From assembly GCA_001775995.1 (NCBI GenBank), contig MEZH01000007.1:188807-252806 (forward strand): DNA of 64,000 bases. The letters run 5' to 3'. Positions within the stretch are counted from its first letter, which is position 1. Each line of letters starts with the position of its first letter. The translations under genes were made by a program, and so were the position numbers. The notes beneath the pieces are model-generated. The model did no database searches, was not told the DNA's origin, and was given only the letters and a program-made list of their open reading frames with translations. Origin of the DNA: Candidatus Bathyarchaeota archaeon RBG_16_48_13. Its GTDB lineage: Archaea; Thermoproteota; Bathyarchaeia; RBG-16-48-13. Shown here piece by piece: positions 36,533-47,645 of this stretch.

Positions 36533-38668
36533 CTAGGACACGCCGGTATAATTGACCTGGTATACTAATACCCATCGGCTGGTCGAAGCAAAGACCAAGT
36601 TGAAATGCTCAGGTGCCGAGTAACTGGACACTGGGGATCCACCTATGCCATTCCAGATCATCTTACCCAAGACCGTATTAGCATTGGGTATTCCGTAGCT
36701 GTTACCTGACGAATCTTTTGTAGTTTCTTCGAATTCAGTTTCGTTCAAGCCTGCTATCCTTGCCATCCAGCGCCATTTTCCGTCTTCCCCGAAACCATAA
36801 AATTTGACGTCCTGTGAACCTGTCGTCGATGATGTGGTTGAGGACCAAGTGACGAAGACCACAACGTGAGTCACATCATGGGCTTTCAGGATCTTTGTGG
36901 CTTGCGTCTCGTTAGAGAGAAACATTTGTCCTATCTGGGCGATCTGGGTCGAGTTTATGGTTCCATTGTCTGCCAGCGTAGTATGGTTACCTATGACAGT
37001 GATCCAATATCCGTAGTCCCACCATGCGGCGACCACTGATTCTCTCGGTAGATTATCATTCATCCATGAGAGGGCTTGAATCCAATCATCAAATGAGTTC
37101 GCATCTGTCGGTCTTACTGGCAGGGAGGAAGAAGCCAAAGTCGTTGGAGTATATGACGAGTCTACGGCGCGAGACAAAGGAGGAAAGACCAACAGGAGGA
37201 GTATAATGACAAAGATCGCGCCGAATTCTCGGCCTACTTTGGGAACAAAGCGCCGCTTCTTGCTGAAAATCACGGTTTCTCGTGCAATATTGATAAATGG
37301 CTTAACCAGCTCGACCACGGCCACGGAGGCCAATATCGCCAAAGCTGGAGCCAGAATTAAAGTCAGTCTGACCATGGAAGCCGCGAAATAGAGTGCTGTA
37401 ATGCCCAAGAGGACCACAAACAGATCACGCACGTTGCTTCTCCGGAGCAGGAAGTAGAATCCCAAAGGGGCTATGAATAGGATGGAGCCCATTTCATAAA
37501 AGAATGAGGCCCAAGTTGCAGGCCTATGTTCTGCAACAGACTCTATTAGTGGTTGAGTGACTCTTTCAAAGGGGTTCAACACTGATATAAATTTCGCAAC
37601 GAGAGGTGATACGAGCCCGAAGTACTCCAACAGAAGGTATGTCGATCCGAGTGCTATGAAGAAGACACCGAATGATGCTATTCTCATATTTGAGTTTTGG
37701 ATATTTCGCGTGAACTCCATCATGCACAAAAGCAGTGCCATGCCAATAGCAGATAGCGTTGGGAGTTGAGTTAGAAAGCCTACTCCTATCCTCGGAACCT
37801 GTATCGCTATTAGGAAGGCTATGCTTATGGTCACGCTGTACGAAACCAATAGTCTCCTTGAGTATTTCCTGAAGACGATGAGAACTCCTGCGAACAGAGC
37901 AATGAGACTTACTACATATATGGAGGCGCCCCATGTAGCTTGCAGGTATCCCAAGCTAAGACCAGTAGCTATCGCATAGAGGATAGTGCCTTTAAGTGTC
38001 CTACGAGAATCCAGAGAACGCAGAAACAGCAAAGCCACTAGAACGAGGGTGAAGACACCTACCGTCTCGTCATCAAAGAATCCCAGCGAGGTTCGGCTTA
38101 TGTGGCTTGCACTGAGGGCGATGAAAAGAGCGGAGAAAATACCCACTTCCTTTCCTCCAATGTCTTTGCCTAGAAAGTAAACCAAGATGATTGTCAAAAC
38201 GCCCATGAGTACAGGCCAGATTACACAAACATCAAATACTGTCAAATTCAGACCTAGGACATTCAAGAAAGTGTATAAGGCAGCGGCGGAGAAGGGAATG
38301 CCGGGATATGATGACTGCGCCACACTTCTTCCCCAAGGGAACCAGACAGTGTTATCATGCCAACTGAACCATGCCAGGTATCCATGGTCGACAATATATT
38401 GGGTTTGATGGTATTGCCAATACGGATCAAATTCGGTCAAATAGAATCCCCAGCGCACAGAGAGTGACCTTAGCATTGCGCCTATTACCACGATTAGAGC
38501 CAAGGCGCCCAAACTGAAGATCAACGATCTTGTGAATTTATGGCGTATCGACCCGATGGATCTGAGAGAGCCCATCACCGTCTCGCTACTAAAATAATCC
38601 TTGGTTGACCCCTTTAGCCTCTCTTTAGTCCTCGTTGAACTCAAGTCAATATCTCCCAAATGAAACAA
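36533..38668 (-). CDS. aglB: Oligosaccharyltransferase AglB (STT3 family)
   Basis: 711 aa, polytopic membrane protein with a WWDYGYW motif. Confidence 0.9.
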   Translation of the reverse strand: MFHLGDIDLSSTRTKERLKGSTKDYFSSETVMGSLRSIGSIRHKFTRSLIFSLGALALIVVIGAMLRSLSVRWGFYLTEFDPYWQYHQTQYIVDHGYLAWFSWHDNTVWFPWGRSVAQSSYPGIPFSAAALYTFLNVLGLNLTVFDVCVIWPVLMGVLTIILVYFLGKDIGGKEVGIFSALFIALSASHISRTSLGFFDDETVGVFTLVLVALLFLRSLDSRRTLKGTILYAIATGLSLGYLQATWGASIYVVSLIALFAGVLIVFRKYSRRLLVSYSVTISIAFLIAIQVPRIGVGFLTQLPTLSAIGMALLLCMMEFTRNIQNSNMRIASFGVFFIALGSTYLLLEYFGLVSPLVAKFISVLNPFERVTQPLIESVAEHRPATWASFFYEMGSILFIAPLGFYFLLRRSNVRDLFVVLLGITALYFAASMVRLTLILAPALAILASVAVVELVKPFINIARETVIFSKKRRFVPKVGREFGAIFVIILLLLVFPPLSRAVDSSYTPTTLASSSLPVRPTDANSFDDWIQALSWMNDNLPRESVVAAWWDYGYWITVIGNHTTLADNGTINSTQIAQIGQMFLSNETQATKILKAHDVTHVVVFVTWSSTTSSTTGSQDVKFYGFGEDGKWRWMARIAGLNETEFEETTKDSSGNSYGIPNANTVLGKMIWNGIGGSPVSSYSAPEHFNLVFASTSRWVLVYQVNYTGVS

Positions 38669-38778
38669 AAGCTTTATGGAACATTCTATTTGAGTTACAG
38701 TTTAACCGTTTACTCATTTATGATCGATCTTAAAAGCTTACTCTTTAGAACCTGCATCAAATCAATAAGACCTTAAGG

Positions 38779-41700
38779 TTGATGGAGACTGTGGTCAAAG
38801 GCGACATGAAAGGCTATAGCCCTAGAAGGCTGGAGAAGGAAGTCTCAACATGGTGGCAGGAGAATCAAATCTATGAAAAAAGCAAGATCGCTAGAAATAA
38901 AGGCCCCAAATTCTATTTCTTGGATGGCCCACCCTACGTGACAAACCCTATTCACGTAGGAACTACTTGGAACAAATCCATTAAAGACGCAGTAATTCGA
39001 TTCAAACGCATGCGCGGTTACAATGTCAGAGCACAGCCTGGCTTTGATACGCATGGTCTCCCAATTGAGGTGATGGTGGAGAAACGCTTAGGGATCCAGA
39101 ACAAGCGTGAAATAGAAGAGAAGTTAACGGTCAGGAGGTTTGTCGAAGAATGCCGAAGATTCGCCCTAGAGAATCTCAGGATTTTGACAGATCAATTCAA
39201 GGATCTAGGTGTCTGGATGGACTGGGACAAACCTTACGTCACATTGAAGGATGAGTATATAGAGTCGGTCTGGTGGCTCTTCAAACGAGCCCATGAAAAA
39301 GGGGTTCTAAAGAGAGGGACGAAATCCGTACATTGGTGCTATCGATGTGGCACTGTCTTATCAGGCTATGAGGTGGCCCAGGAATATAGAGAGGTTGAGG
39401 ATATCTCTGTATACGTCAAGTTCCCAGTAAGGGGAAAGGAGTCTCTATTAGTTTGGACAACAACGCCGTGGACCATCCCAGCTAACGTTGCGGTTATGGT
39501 GCACCCAGAAGCTGAATATGTTAGAGTCCAAGTGGACAACGAGATCCTAATATTGGCTCAAGAGCGTTGCACTATCTTCGGCGAAATGGGAAAGACCTAC
39601 AAGGTTCTCGAAAAGTTCCAAGGGAAGATGTTGAGGGACGTAACATACTGCGCTCCTTTGTCTAATGAGGTACCTGCTCAAAGGAGACTGAAAGGAGCTC
39701 ATAGGGTTATTCTCAACTCTCAGTTTGTGACAATGGTTGAGGGGACGGGCTGTGTTCACGTTGCGCCTGGCCACGGCGAGGAAGATTTTGAGGTAGGTGT
39801 GGAAAACAAACTTCCTGTGCTGTCCCCTGTAGATGATAATGGGCGTTTTACTGATCAAGGAGGAAAATATGAGGGCAAAATGGTCTTTGATGCCAACAAG
39901 GATATACTGCAAGACCTTGCGAAAAAGAACCTCCTTTTCCATACCGCCCTCATAAAACATAGGTATCCTCACTGTTGGCGCTGCAAGACTCCGCTAATAT
40001 TGAGGACAACCGATCAATGGTTCATAACCGTCTCCGAATTTCGAGACAAGTTATCTGAATCTAATTCACGCATAAACTGGGTTCCGAAATGGGCGGGGGA
40101 AGCACGTTTTGGAAAGTGGTTAAGCGAGGCTCGGGACTGGGTGGTAAGTCGACAACGTTATTGGGGTTCACCTTTACCCATTTGGATATGCAAGACATGC
40201 GGAACTCACATAGCAATTGGCTCCAAAGCAGAACTTAGAAAGAGAGCAACAAAGAAATTTGCTGAGATCGAGCTTCACAGACCTTGGGTTGATGAAATCT
40301 ATTTGAAATGCGAGTGTGGAGGCATCATGCAAAGGGTTTCTGATATAATCGATGTTTGGGTAGATTCAGGTGTCGCGTCATGGGCCTGCCTCGGCTTTCC
40401 GAATGACAAGACAGAATTCGATGATTGGTGGCCCGCCGATTTCATAACAGAGGGACATGACCAGACGCGAGGATGGTTCTACACACTTCTCGTTTCCAGT
40501 CTGGTCGCCTTTGGTGAAGCGCCTTATATGAACGTGTTAATGCATGGCTTCACACTAGATGAAAAAGGCAGAGAAATGCACAAGTCCTTGGGCAATTTCG
40601 TTTCCCCTGAAGAAGTCTACAATAAGTATGGAAGAGATACATTGAGATGGTTCGAAATGAGTTGCACCACGTGGGAGGACTTGAAGTTCTCTTGGAAAGG
40701 TGTCGAAGAATCCTTTAGGAGCTTACAGATCTTATGGAACATATTCAACTTTACGCATCTTTACATGAGTCTAGACAAATTCACCCCCCAAAAATGGCCT
40801 TTGAGAAGGGTGGGAAAGAACTTGCGGCTGGAGGATTCATGGTTAATATCGAAGACTGAAAATTTAAAATCAGAAGTAACAAAGAGCATGGAGAGCCTGA
40901 GCGTTCACAACGCGGTTAGGGCATTAAACTCCTTTATTTTGGAGGATCTAAGTCGCTGGTACATAAAACTGGTCAGAAGAAGACTATGGCAAGAAAAGAC
41001 AGACCCCGACAAATTAGCGGCTTATTCTACCATGTATTATGTTCTAGAAAGCGTTCTGATCATGTGCGCACCATTTATCCCCTTTTTGACGGAGAGCCTC
41101 CACCAAATGCTGGTCCAGCCCCCGAGTGGCAAAACCCGCAGAAGCATTCACATGGAGAATTGGCCTGACATTCATCCAGATAATTTGAATATTCACCTGG
41201 AAGAAGAGATGGAGATCGCTAGAAACGTAACAAGAGCTGTGGCAAGCGCGCGACAAATCGCCAAGATCAAGTTGAGACAACCCATCATCTCCGTCCTGAT
41301 AGCAACTGAAGACGTAGGAGTACGAAAAGCAGTGGAAGAGCTGAAAGATGTGATCTTGGATCAGGTCAATTCGAAGTCCGTGGAATTCCTTGGCGCTGCC
41401 GAGGAGCAGAAACTGAAGACTGTCAAAGCATTTCCTAGATACGAGACTCTCGGACCCTCATTCCGAAGAAAATCGGCTATGATTGGTGAGGCGATCAAGA
41501 GAGCAGATGGCAGAAGGATTCTGGAGAGCTTTGAAAAGGAGAAGACCTGGAGTCTAATTTTGGGCGAAGAAGAATTCACCATAACGCCTAATCAAGTTTC
41601 ATTCGAGGAAGGGTTATCAGAGGACTACGTTTCGAACGGGTTTAACGATGGAATGGTTTACATTAATACAAAGATATCCAAGGATTTGCTTCAAGAGGGA

Positions 41701-41961
41701 TTAGCGAGAGATCTCGTGAGAAGACTTCAAGAGATGCGAAAATCCTTGGACCTGCCGGTGGAGGCTTTCGTTGGAGCCATCATCGTTGTTCCTACGAAGA
41801 AAGATGAGTTGTATCTAAGAAGGGAGAAGAGCTTCATTGCAAAGGAAGTCAGAGCGAAGAACCTTCAAATCATCCTTAAAAGCGAAAAAGTGCCGATGGC
41901 AACTCAAGAAATGACTTACATGATAAATGGAAGAGCCTTTGTAGTAGGCATCGTGCTCTAA
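38779..41961 (+). CDS. ileS: Isoleucine--tRNA ligase
   Basis: 1060 aa class I synthetase with a HIGH-like PIHVGTT, a KMSKS-like EMHKSLGN and editing-domain zinc motifs. Confidence 0.92.
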   Translation: MMETVVKGDMKGYSPRRLEKEVSTWWQENQIYEKSKIARNKGPKFYFLDGPPYVTNPIHVGTTWNKSIKDAVIRFKRMRGYNVRAQPGFDTHGLPIEVMVEKRLGIQNKREIEEKLTVRRFVEECRRFALENLRILTDQFKDLGVWMDWDKPYVTLKDEYIESVWWLFKRAHEKGVLKRGTKSVHWCYRCGTVLSGYEVAQEYREVEDISVYVKFPVRGKESLLVWTTTPWTIPANVAVMVHPEAEYVRVQVDNEILILAQERCTIFGEMGKTYKVLEKFQGKMLRDVTYCAPLSNEVPAQRRLKGAHRVILNSQFVTMVEGTGCVHVAPGHGEEDFEVGVENKLPVLSPVDDNGRFTDQGGKYEGKMVFDANKDILQDLAKKNLLFHTALIKHRYPHCWRCKTPLILRTTDQWFITVSEFRDKLSESNSRINWVPKWAGEARFGKWLSEARDWVVSRQRYWGSPLPIWICKTCGTHIAIGSKAELRKRATKKFAEIELHRPWVDEIYLKCECGGIMQRVSDIIDVWVDSGVASWACLGFPNDKTEFDDWWPADFITEGHDQTRGWFYTLLVSSLVAFGEAPYMNVLMHGFTLDEKGREMHKSLGNFVSPEEVYNKYGRDTLRWFEMSCTTWEDLKFSWKGVEESFRSLQILWNIFNFTHLYMSLDKFTPQKWPLRRVGKNLRLEDSWLISKTENLKSEVTKSMESLSVHNAVRALNSFILEDLSRWYIKLVRRRLWQEKTDPDKLAAYSTMYYVLESVLIMCAPFIPFLTESLHQMLVQPPSGKTRRSIHMENWPDIHPDNLNIHLEEEMEIARNVTRAVASARQIAKIKLRQPIISVLIATEDVGVRKAVEELKDVILDQVNSKSVEFLGAAEEQKLKTVKAFPRYETLGPSFRRKSAMIGEAIKRADGRRILESFEKEKTWSLILGEEEFTITPNQVSFEEGLSEDYVSNGFNDGMVYINTKISKDLLQEGLARDLVRRLQEMRKSLDLPVEAFVGAIIVVPTKKDELYLRREKSFIAKEVRAKNLQIILKSEKVPMATQEMTYMINGRAFVVGIVL

Positions 41962-41981
41962 ATGTTGGTGTTCAGCAAGCA

Positions 41982-43082
41982 TTGAAGCTCCTAGGGTTAA
42001 TTGTTAACCCGATTGCTGGAATGGGTGGGTCAGTTGGGTTAAAGGGTACCGATGGCGCAGAGATCATAGAAGAAGCAATCGATTTGGGCGCAAGAAGGCA
42101 TTCACCTGCGCGCACAGAAGAGTTTCTGCGCCAACTTTCTCATATTGAAAGCGAATTTGAACTCATAACATATGCGGGAATGATGGGGGAGGAGGAAGCT
42201 CTCAACTGCGGTTTGAAACCAAGGGTTTTGGGAAAAGTAGACCAAAAGACTTCAAGGGCTGATACAATAGAAGCTGCACGCCTGATGAAGGAGACTGTTG
42301 ACATAATAGTTTTCTGCGGTGGCGACGGAACAGCTATAGACATAGTAGAGGTTATTGATGCGAAAATTCCTTTATTAGGCATCCCAGCTGGGGTCAAAAT
42401 GCACAGTGCAGTCTTCGCCTTGAACCCACAGGCTGCAGCTAGAGTAATCACAGAATTCCTGTATGATAGAGCGTATCTCTCAGACGCTGAGGTTGTGGAT
42501 ATCGATGAACAAGCATATAGAAGAGGCGATCTGTCACCTCGAATTTATGGCTACGCTTTGACACCAAGGATTCTGGATTTGGTTCAAAACATGAAGATGC
42601 CCAGCGCTGAAACCGAAGACGAAAGAGAAGACCAGAAGGGATTGGCCAGAAGCGTGATAGACAAGATGATTGATGGCGTTTACTATATCCTCGGACCTGG
42701 TACAACCGTCAAGACAATTGCTGAGATTCTAGGCGTTGAAAAGACAATTCTAGGAGTTGATATTCTCCTAAACAAGAAAATAATCGCCAAAGACGTGAAC
42801 GAGAATGAAATTCTGGCGGTTGTTGAGGGAAAGGATGCTAGAATCGTAGTTTCGCCTATAGGTAACCAATTTTTCATATTTGGAAGAGGAAACCAGCAAA
42901 TAAGTCCTTCAGTAATACGAAAGATTGGCAAATCCAACATTATTGTTATCTCAACAAGAGACAAAGTGCGCAAAACGACTTTGTTGAGGGTAGATACTGG
43001 AGACACTGAATTGGATAAGCAAATGAGGGGCTATATTAGAGTAGTGACTGGTTATAATGAGGAAACCCTAATGAGAATATGA
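41982..43082 (+). CDS. ATP-NAD kinase-like protein (COG3199 type)
   Basis: 366 aa with a GGDGT motif and an IVNPIAGMGG N-terminus. Confidence 0.6.
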   Translation: MKLLGLIVNPIAGMGGSVGLKGTDGAEIIEEAIDLGARRHSPARTEEFLRQLSHIESEFELITYAGMMGEEEALNCGLKPRVLGKVDQKTSRADTIEAARLMKETVDIIVFCGGDGTAIDIVEVIDAKIPLLGIPAGVKMHSAVFALNPQAAARVITEFLYDRAYLSDAEVVDIDEQAYRRGDLSPRIYGYALTPRILDLVQNMKMPSAETEDEREDQKGLARSVIDKMIDGVYYILGPGTTVKTIAEILGVEKTILGVDILLNKKIIAKDVNENEILAVVEGKDARIVVSPIGNQFFIFGRGNQQISPSVIRKIGKSNIIVISTRDKVRKTTLLRVDTGDTELDKQMRGYIRVVTGYNEETLMRI

Positions 43083-43092
43083 TAAAGAGGGC

Positions 43093-43533
43093 CTAATGCT
43101 TCTTGGCCTCTTCTTTAACATGGTGCATATAATTTTCAGTGTTCATCAAATTCTTTAAGTCAGCATGGATTTTGTCAGCCTTTATTATTGCTATCCAGCC
43201 TTCTTCATAGGGTTTCTCGTTAATTAGTTCAGGTTTGTCCAACAATTTCTCGTTGACCTCGATGATCTCACCCGAAACAGGACTGAAGACTTCTGAAACT
43301 GCCTTGACCGACTCGACCGTTCCAATGGAATTCTTCTGCGAGACTTTAGCACCCTTATGCGGTAATTCCACGAACACTATCTCGTGTAAGGATTTTTGTG
43401 CGAAGTCGCTCAATCCAATTCTGATTTTGGCTCCCTCGACACTCGCCCATTCATGAGTGGCAGTGTAGTAAAACCCTTCCTTAACTTCGTATCCTTCAAC
43501 TTTCATTTCATGAACCTCCAATGATGCTTTCAT
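43093..43533 (-). CDS. gcvH: Glycine cleavage system H protein
   Basis: Lipoyl-lysine context (VESVKAVSEVFSPVSGEI) and HEW near the N-terminus. ORF extends to 43572; start placed at 43533, alternative 43506. Confidence 0.85.
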   Translation of the reverse strand: MKASLEVHEMKVEGYEVKEGFYYTATHEWASVEGAKIRIGLSDFAQKSLHEIVFVELPHKGAKVSQKNSIGTVESVKAVSEVFSPVSGEIIEVNEKLLDKPELINEKPYEEGWIAIIKADKIHADLKNLMNTENYMHHVKEEAKKH

Positions 43534-43902
43534 TATTCTATTGCCATTTCTCTTTAAACATTGGTTTCTCACACCTTTTTAAGTTCTGCGCTTTACCACC
43601 CGACCTAATGCATGATCTACTGCGGCGTTTGATGTGCGCTCGATTGGTCAGGCGAATTCAAGAAATAGAGAAATTAATGGTTTCGATTCAGAATTTACGA
43701 CAACTTGAACCAGACCCGCTTAAGATAGCGCGATCTAAAGTTTGGAGGCTGTCAGTCATCGAATCTATTTATCGCAGCAGCTTCTTGATTGCTCTTGAAT
43801 AATAAAGCGTGCATCATACATGCATCTCCATACATTCGCCTCGCAATCGCGGAGCTTGGAGAAGAATAAAGCACTCCAACACTTAGTGTCTCTTCAGCAT
43901 TT

Positions 43903-44547
43903 TCATTTGAACATAAGGCCGGTCTCTTCAGACCACAGGAGAAGGTCAAGCTCACCCATGGGAATACCAATAGTCCTGGAGAAGACCATCATACTGTTCT
44001 CTATTTGTAGGTATGTTCTCTTAGAGAGACCTTTTGGGACGCCTTCAATTACACCTAACTCCTCCAAATTCCTCATTATATGGCGGTCCAATATGGCTAG
44101 ATCTTCTCCTAAGCCTATATTTCTCAAAAAATGACTTGCTTCTTTCATGCCTATGCCTTTCACATTTTTGACTAACCAACCCCGCAATCTCAGGCTATTG
44201 TTGGCATTTTTCATTATGCTTTTTATATTGAGGTGACCTTTCTTGGTGAAGAAATTCCTAGCTTCGACGATGTACTTAGCTTTGTTATTATGGAATCGAA
44301 TTCCTCTTAGAAAGGCGCTGATTTCTTCTTTCGAACCATGATATAGCAGAGAGTTGTTCATCAGTCCTAGGATAGCGCGCCAGCATATTACTGCCTTGGA
44401 TTGAGGGGTACATATACAGAAGGAGAGTTCCGCGAAAATTCTCTCCTCGCTCTCATCTAACAAATGCCTAAACTCTTCCAAACGCTTCAGGATCTGGCGT
44501 TTCTTACCAGAGTGAAAGTTCACCAGCCGAGTGTTTTTGTTGCACAT
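43903..44547 (-). CDS. ogg: 8-oxoguanine DNA glycosylase/AP lyase (archaeal Ogg2 type)
   Basis: 214 aa with an HhH-GPD pattern (GIGMKEASHFLRNIG...LDRHI). Confidence 0.75.
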   Translation of the reverse strand: MCNKNTRLVNFHSGKKRQILKRLEEFRHLLDESEERIFAELSFCICTPQSKAVICWRAILGLMNNSLLYHGSKEEISAFLRGIRFHNNKAKYIVEARNFFTKKGHLNIKSIMKNANNSLRLRGWLVKNVKGIGMKEASHFLRNIGLGEDLAILDRHIMRNLEELGVIEGVPKGLSKRTYLQIENSMMVFSRTIGIPMGELDLLLWSEETGLMFK

Positions 44548-44564
44548 TTTCTCTCTTTTTTCGA

Positions 44565-45524
<960 letters not shown>

Positions 45525-45635
45525 TTACATATTTATTTATCTTCCAGTGACTCCCTTTTTTCTGCCGGATTGCAGAAACACAAAGCATATTATTTATGGA
45601 AGATGTCGGATAGTAGGAAAGGGGGCTTCTGGAAT

Positions 45636-46112
45636 ATGAGTTATGATTCGAGCCGTGAGCAACTGAAGATCAAGAAAATACATGATGGAACCGTTATTGA
45701 TCACATAACTGCAGGATATGCTCTTGATGTCCTAAAGATTCTGGGTGTTACTGGTAAGGAGGGCTATACCGTCAGCGTGTTGATGAATGTGCCTAGCAAG
45801 AGGTTGAAAAGGAAGGACATTGTGAAGATCGAGGGCAGGGAATTGGAACCTGAGGAGGTCGATAAGATAGCATTGATAGCAGCCCACGCAACAATAAATA
45901 TCGTAAGAAACTTTGAGGTTATTGAAAAGAAGGTAGTGAAATTGCCTTCTCAAATATATGGAATGGTCAGATGCGCCAATCCAACCTGTATATCCAATAG
46001 CAGGGAACCAATAAAATCATCATTCTTGGTGGAAGATGATGAAGATCTACGCTTGAAATGCCATTACTGTGGTCGAATCATGGAAAAGGGCGACGTCTTG
46101 AAGCAATTCTAG
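45636..46112 (+). CDS. pyrI: Aspartate carbamoyltransferase regulatory subunit
   Basis: The sequence LKIKKIHDGTVIDHI and C-terminal zinc cysteines (CANPTC...CHYCG) fit PyrI. Start at MSYDSS (45636) inside ORF 45570..46112. Confidence 0.88.
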   Translation: MSYDSSREQLKIKKIHDGTVIDHITAGYALDVLKILGVTGKEGYTVSVLMNVPSKRLKRKDIVKIEGRELEPEEVDKIALIAAHATINIVRNFEVIEKKVVKLPSQIYGMVRCANPTCISNSREPIKSSFLVEDDEDLRLKCHYCGRIMEKGDVLKQF

Positions 46113-46116
46113 GATT

Positions 46117-46473
46117 CTATCTGGTTTTCAGGAGTATTATGGCTTGAGCTAGGTCGCCCCCGGTCTCCTCCAATGCTTTTTTCGATTCTTGAGGCGAGAC
46201 ATTAGCTTGCTGAGCTACGAGGAGCACATCTTCCTCTTTTATGGTTGGCGTCACCTCAGCTCCGCCCTCTAAAGGTCGTTCAGAAGTTTTCTCACCAACG
46301 ATTTGATAGATCCGCTGACCTTGCATATTTATGACCGACACAGAAGGCTTTTCAATGACCAGTTCTCTTTCCGAGAGCTTGATAACAACTTCCTTCACGC
46401 CACCAATTTCGTCCATTTTCATTCCCATTTGGCGCATCATCCTCATGGCGTTTCTTTGGTTCATCCTTTTCAT
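46117..46473 (-). CDS. nac: Nascent polypeptide-associated complex protein (NAC with UBA)
   Basis: 118 aa with a NAC domain followed by a UBA-like tail (ALEETGGDLAQAIILL). Confidence 0.85.
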   Translation of the reverse strand: MKRMNQRNAMRMMRQMGMKMDEIGGVKEVVIKLSERELVIEKPSVSVINMQGQRIYQIVGEKTSERPLEGGAEVTPTIKEEDVLLVAQQANVSPQESKKALEETGGDLAQAIILLKTR

Positions 46474-46955
46474 TCGTGGTTTCCTCCATCGACGCCTCGC
46501 CTTATTTTTACGGCAATCCCCCTCTTAAAGGCTAACATCTCTTCACCTGTCAGAATGGCCCTTCCAACTGCCAGCAACGTGTCTCCTGAATTGACCACTA
46601 GGACCTCATCTAAGGGTCTTATTTCGTTATCGGCTGAGATCACGTGTTTGGAAAAGACGTTGTTGCCATGCCTGATGACTTCCTCAACGTCCTTGTTTAT
46701 GATGACCCTGAGTGTTACGGGTTTGAACTCCTTCAATAGCCTAGACGCTCCCGCTAACGTAAGTGCGAAGAGGCTATTTGTTGGTTTGAGGGTTGCCAGG
46801 AGTTCACCATTCAGAGAGATGAAACGAATCCTTTTTGTGGTTGGGGAAAGGTCTACTGTGACTCCCTTTGGGAAAAGAGCTTCTCCTGCTCCTCTCCTCA
46901 ATTGATAGTCGGCTATGGATCTGATCTTTCGAAGATGATCTGGAGAATTGGACAA
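46470..46955 (-). CDS. PUA-domain RNA-binding protein
   Basis: 161 aa with a C-terminal PUA-like segment (DEVLVVNSGDTLLAVGRAILTGEEM). Confidence 0.6.
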   Translation of the reverse strand: MSNSPDHLRKIRSIADYQLRRGAGEALFPKGVTVDLSPTTKRIRFISLNGELLATLKPTNSLFALTLAGASRLLKEFKPVTLRVIINKDVEEVIRHGNNVFSKHVISADNEIRPLDEVLVVNSGDTLLAVGRAILTGEEMLAFKRGIAVKIRRGVDGGNHE

Positions 46956-47144
46956 TACAGCATTCCTCTTAGAAGTTGCATTAGCTGTATTACTTGTGGA
47001 ATGCCCTTTTAAGTTAGATCAAAAACCTAGGTATTCATATGACATAACATTTTCATGAACCCTTTGCGGTCCACGGATCAAGACAAGAAATGCTAAAACG
47101 TAGAAATGACTAATTCTACCAACTAGATTTCAGGTGGAGTTTCT

Positions 47145-47645
47145 ATGAATTGCGAGATTTGCGGTCAACCGATTAGAGGTAGGCCAGTAAATGCTATAGT
47201 GGATAAAGCGAAACTCATAGTTTGCGTGGAATGTGGCAAGCATTCCAGTGGAAGATGGAAGGTTGGCGAGACTATCAGACTGTCAAACCCACCACACTTG
47301 AGTACGGTTAAGCCAAAGATAAGAACTGCGTCAGGGATGTCTAGAGAAAGAGTAGGTGAAGAATTAGAAGTCACTGAAGGCTTTGGTCTAAAGATTAGAC
47401 AAGCTAGAGAGAAATTGGGTATCAGCTATGAGGAGCTGGGGAAGATCCTAAACGAAAAGGTGTCAGTCATTCAACGTGTAGAGAGCCAGAAATTGGTCCC
47501 AGACATAAAGCTCACAAAGAAAATCGAGTATGCTCTAAAGATCAAATTGTTGGGGGATGTTTCTGTGCCTTCTGAGCCATTGAAGGAACCGAGCACTTCT
47601 GAAGTCACTCTTGGAGACGTCGTGGCTGTAAAACGTCGAAAATGA
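47145..47645 (+). CDS. mbf1: Multiprotein-bridging factor 1 (zinc ribbon plus XRE-type HTH)
   Basis: 166 aa with an N-terminal CEICG...CVECG zinc ribbon and an HTH (IRQAREKLGISYEELGKILNEKVSVIQRVE). Confidence 0.85.
   Translation: MNCEICGQPIRGRPVNAIVDKAKLIVCVECGKHSSGRWKVGETIRLSNPPHLSTVKPKIRTASGMSRERVGEELEVTEGFGLKIRQAREKLGISYEELGKILNEKVSVIQRVESQKLVPDIKLTKKIEYALKIKLLGDVSVPSEPLKEPSTSEVTLGDVVAVKRRK

Noticed and set aside
43700-43790. Possible C/D-box sRNA (AUGAUGC ... CGAUGACUGA on the minus strand)
   Set aside because: The box spacing is wrong: the C'-like and D-like boxes are directly adjacent, there is no D' box, and there is no terminal stem.
46303-46905. 200-aa plus-strand ORF
   Set aside because: It lies antisense to the NAC and PUA genes and has a serine/leucine-rich shadow translation.
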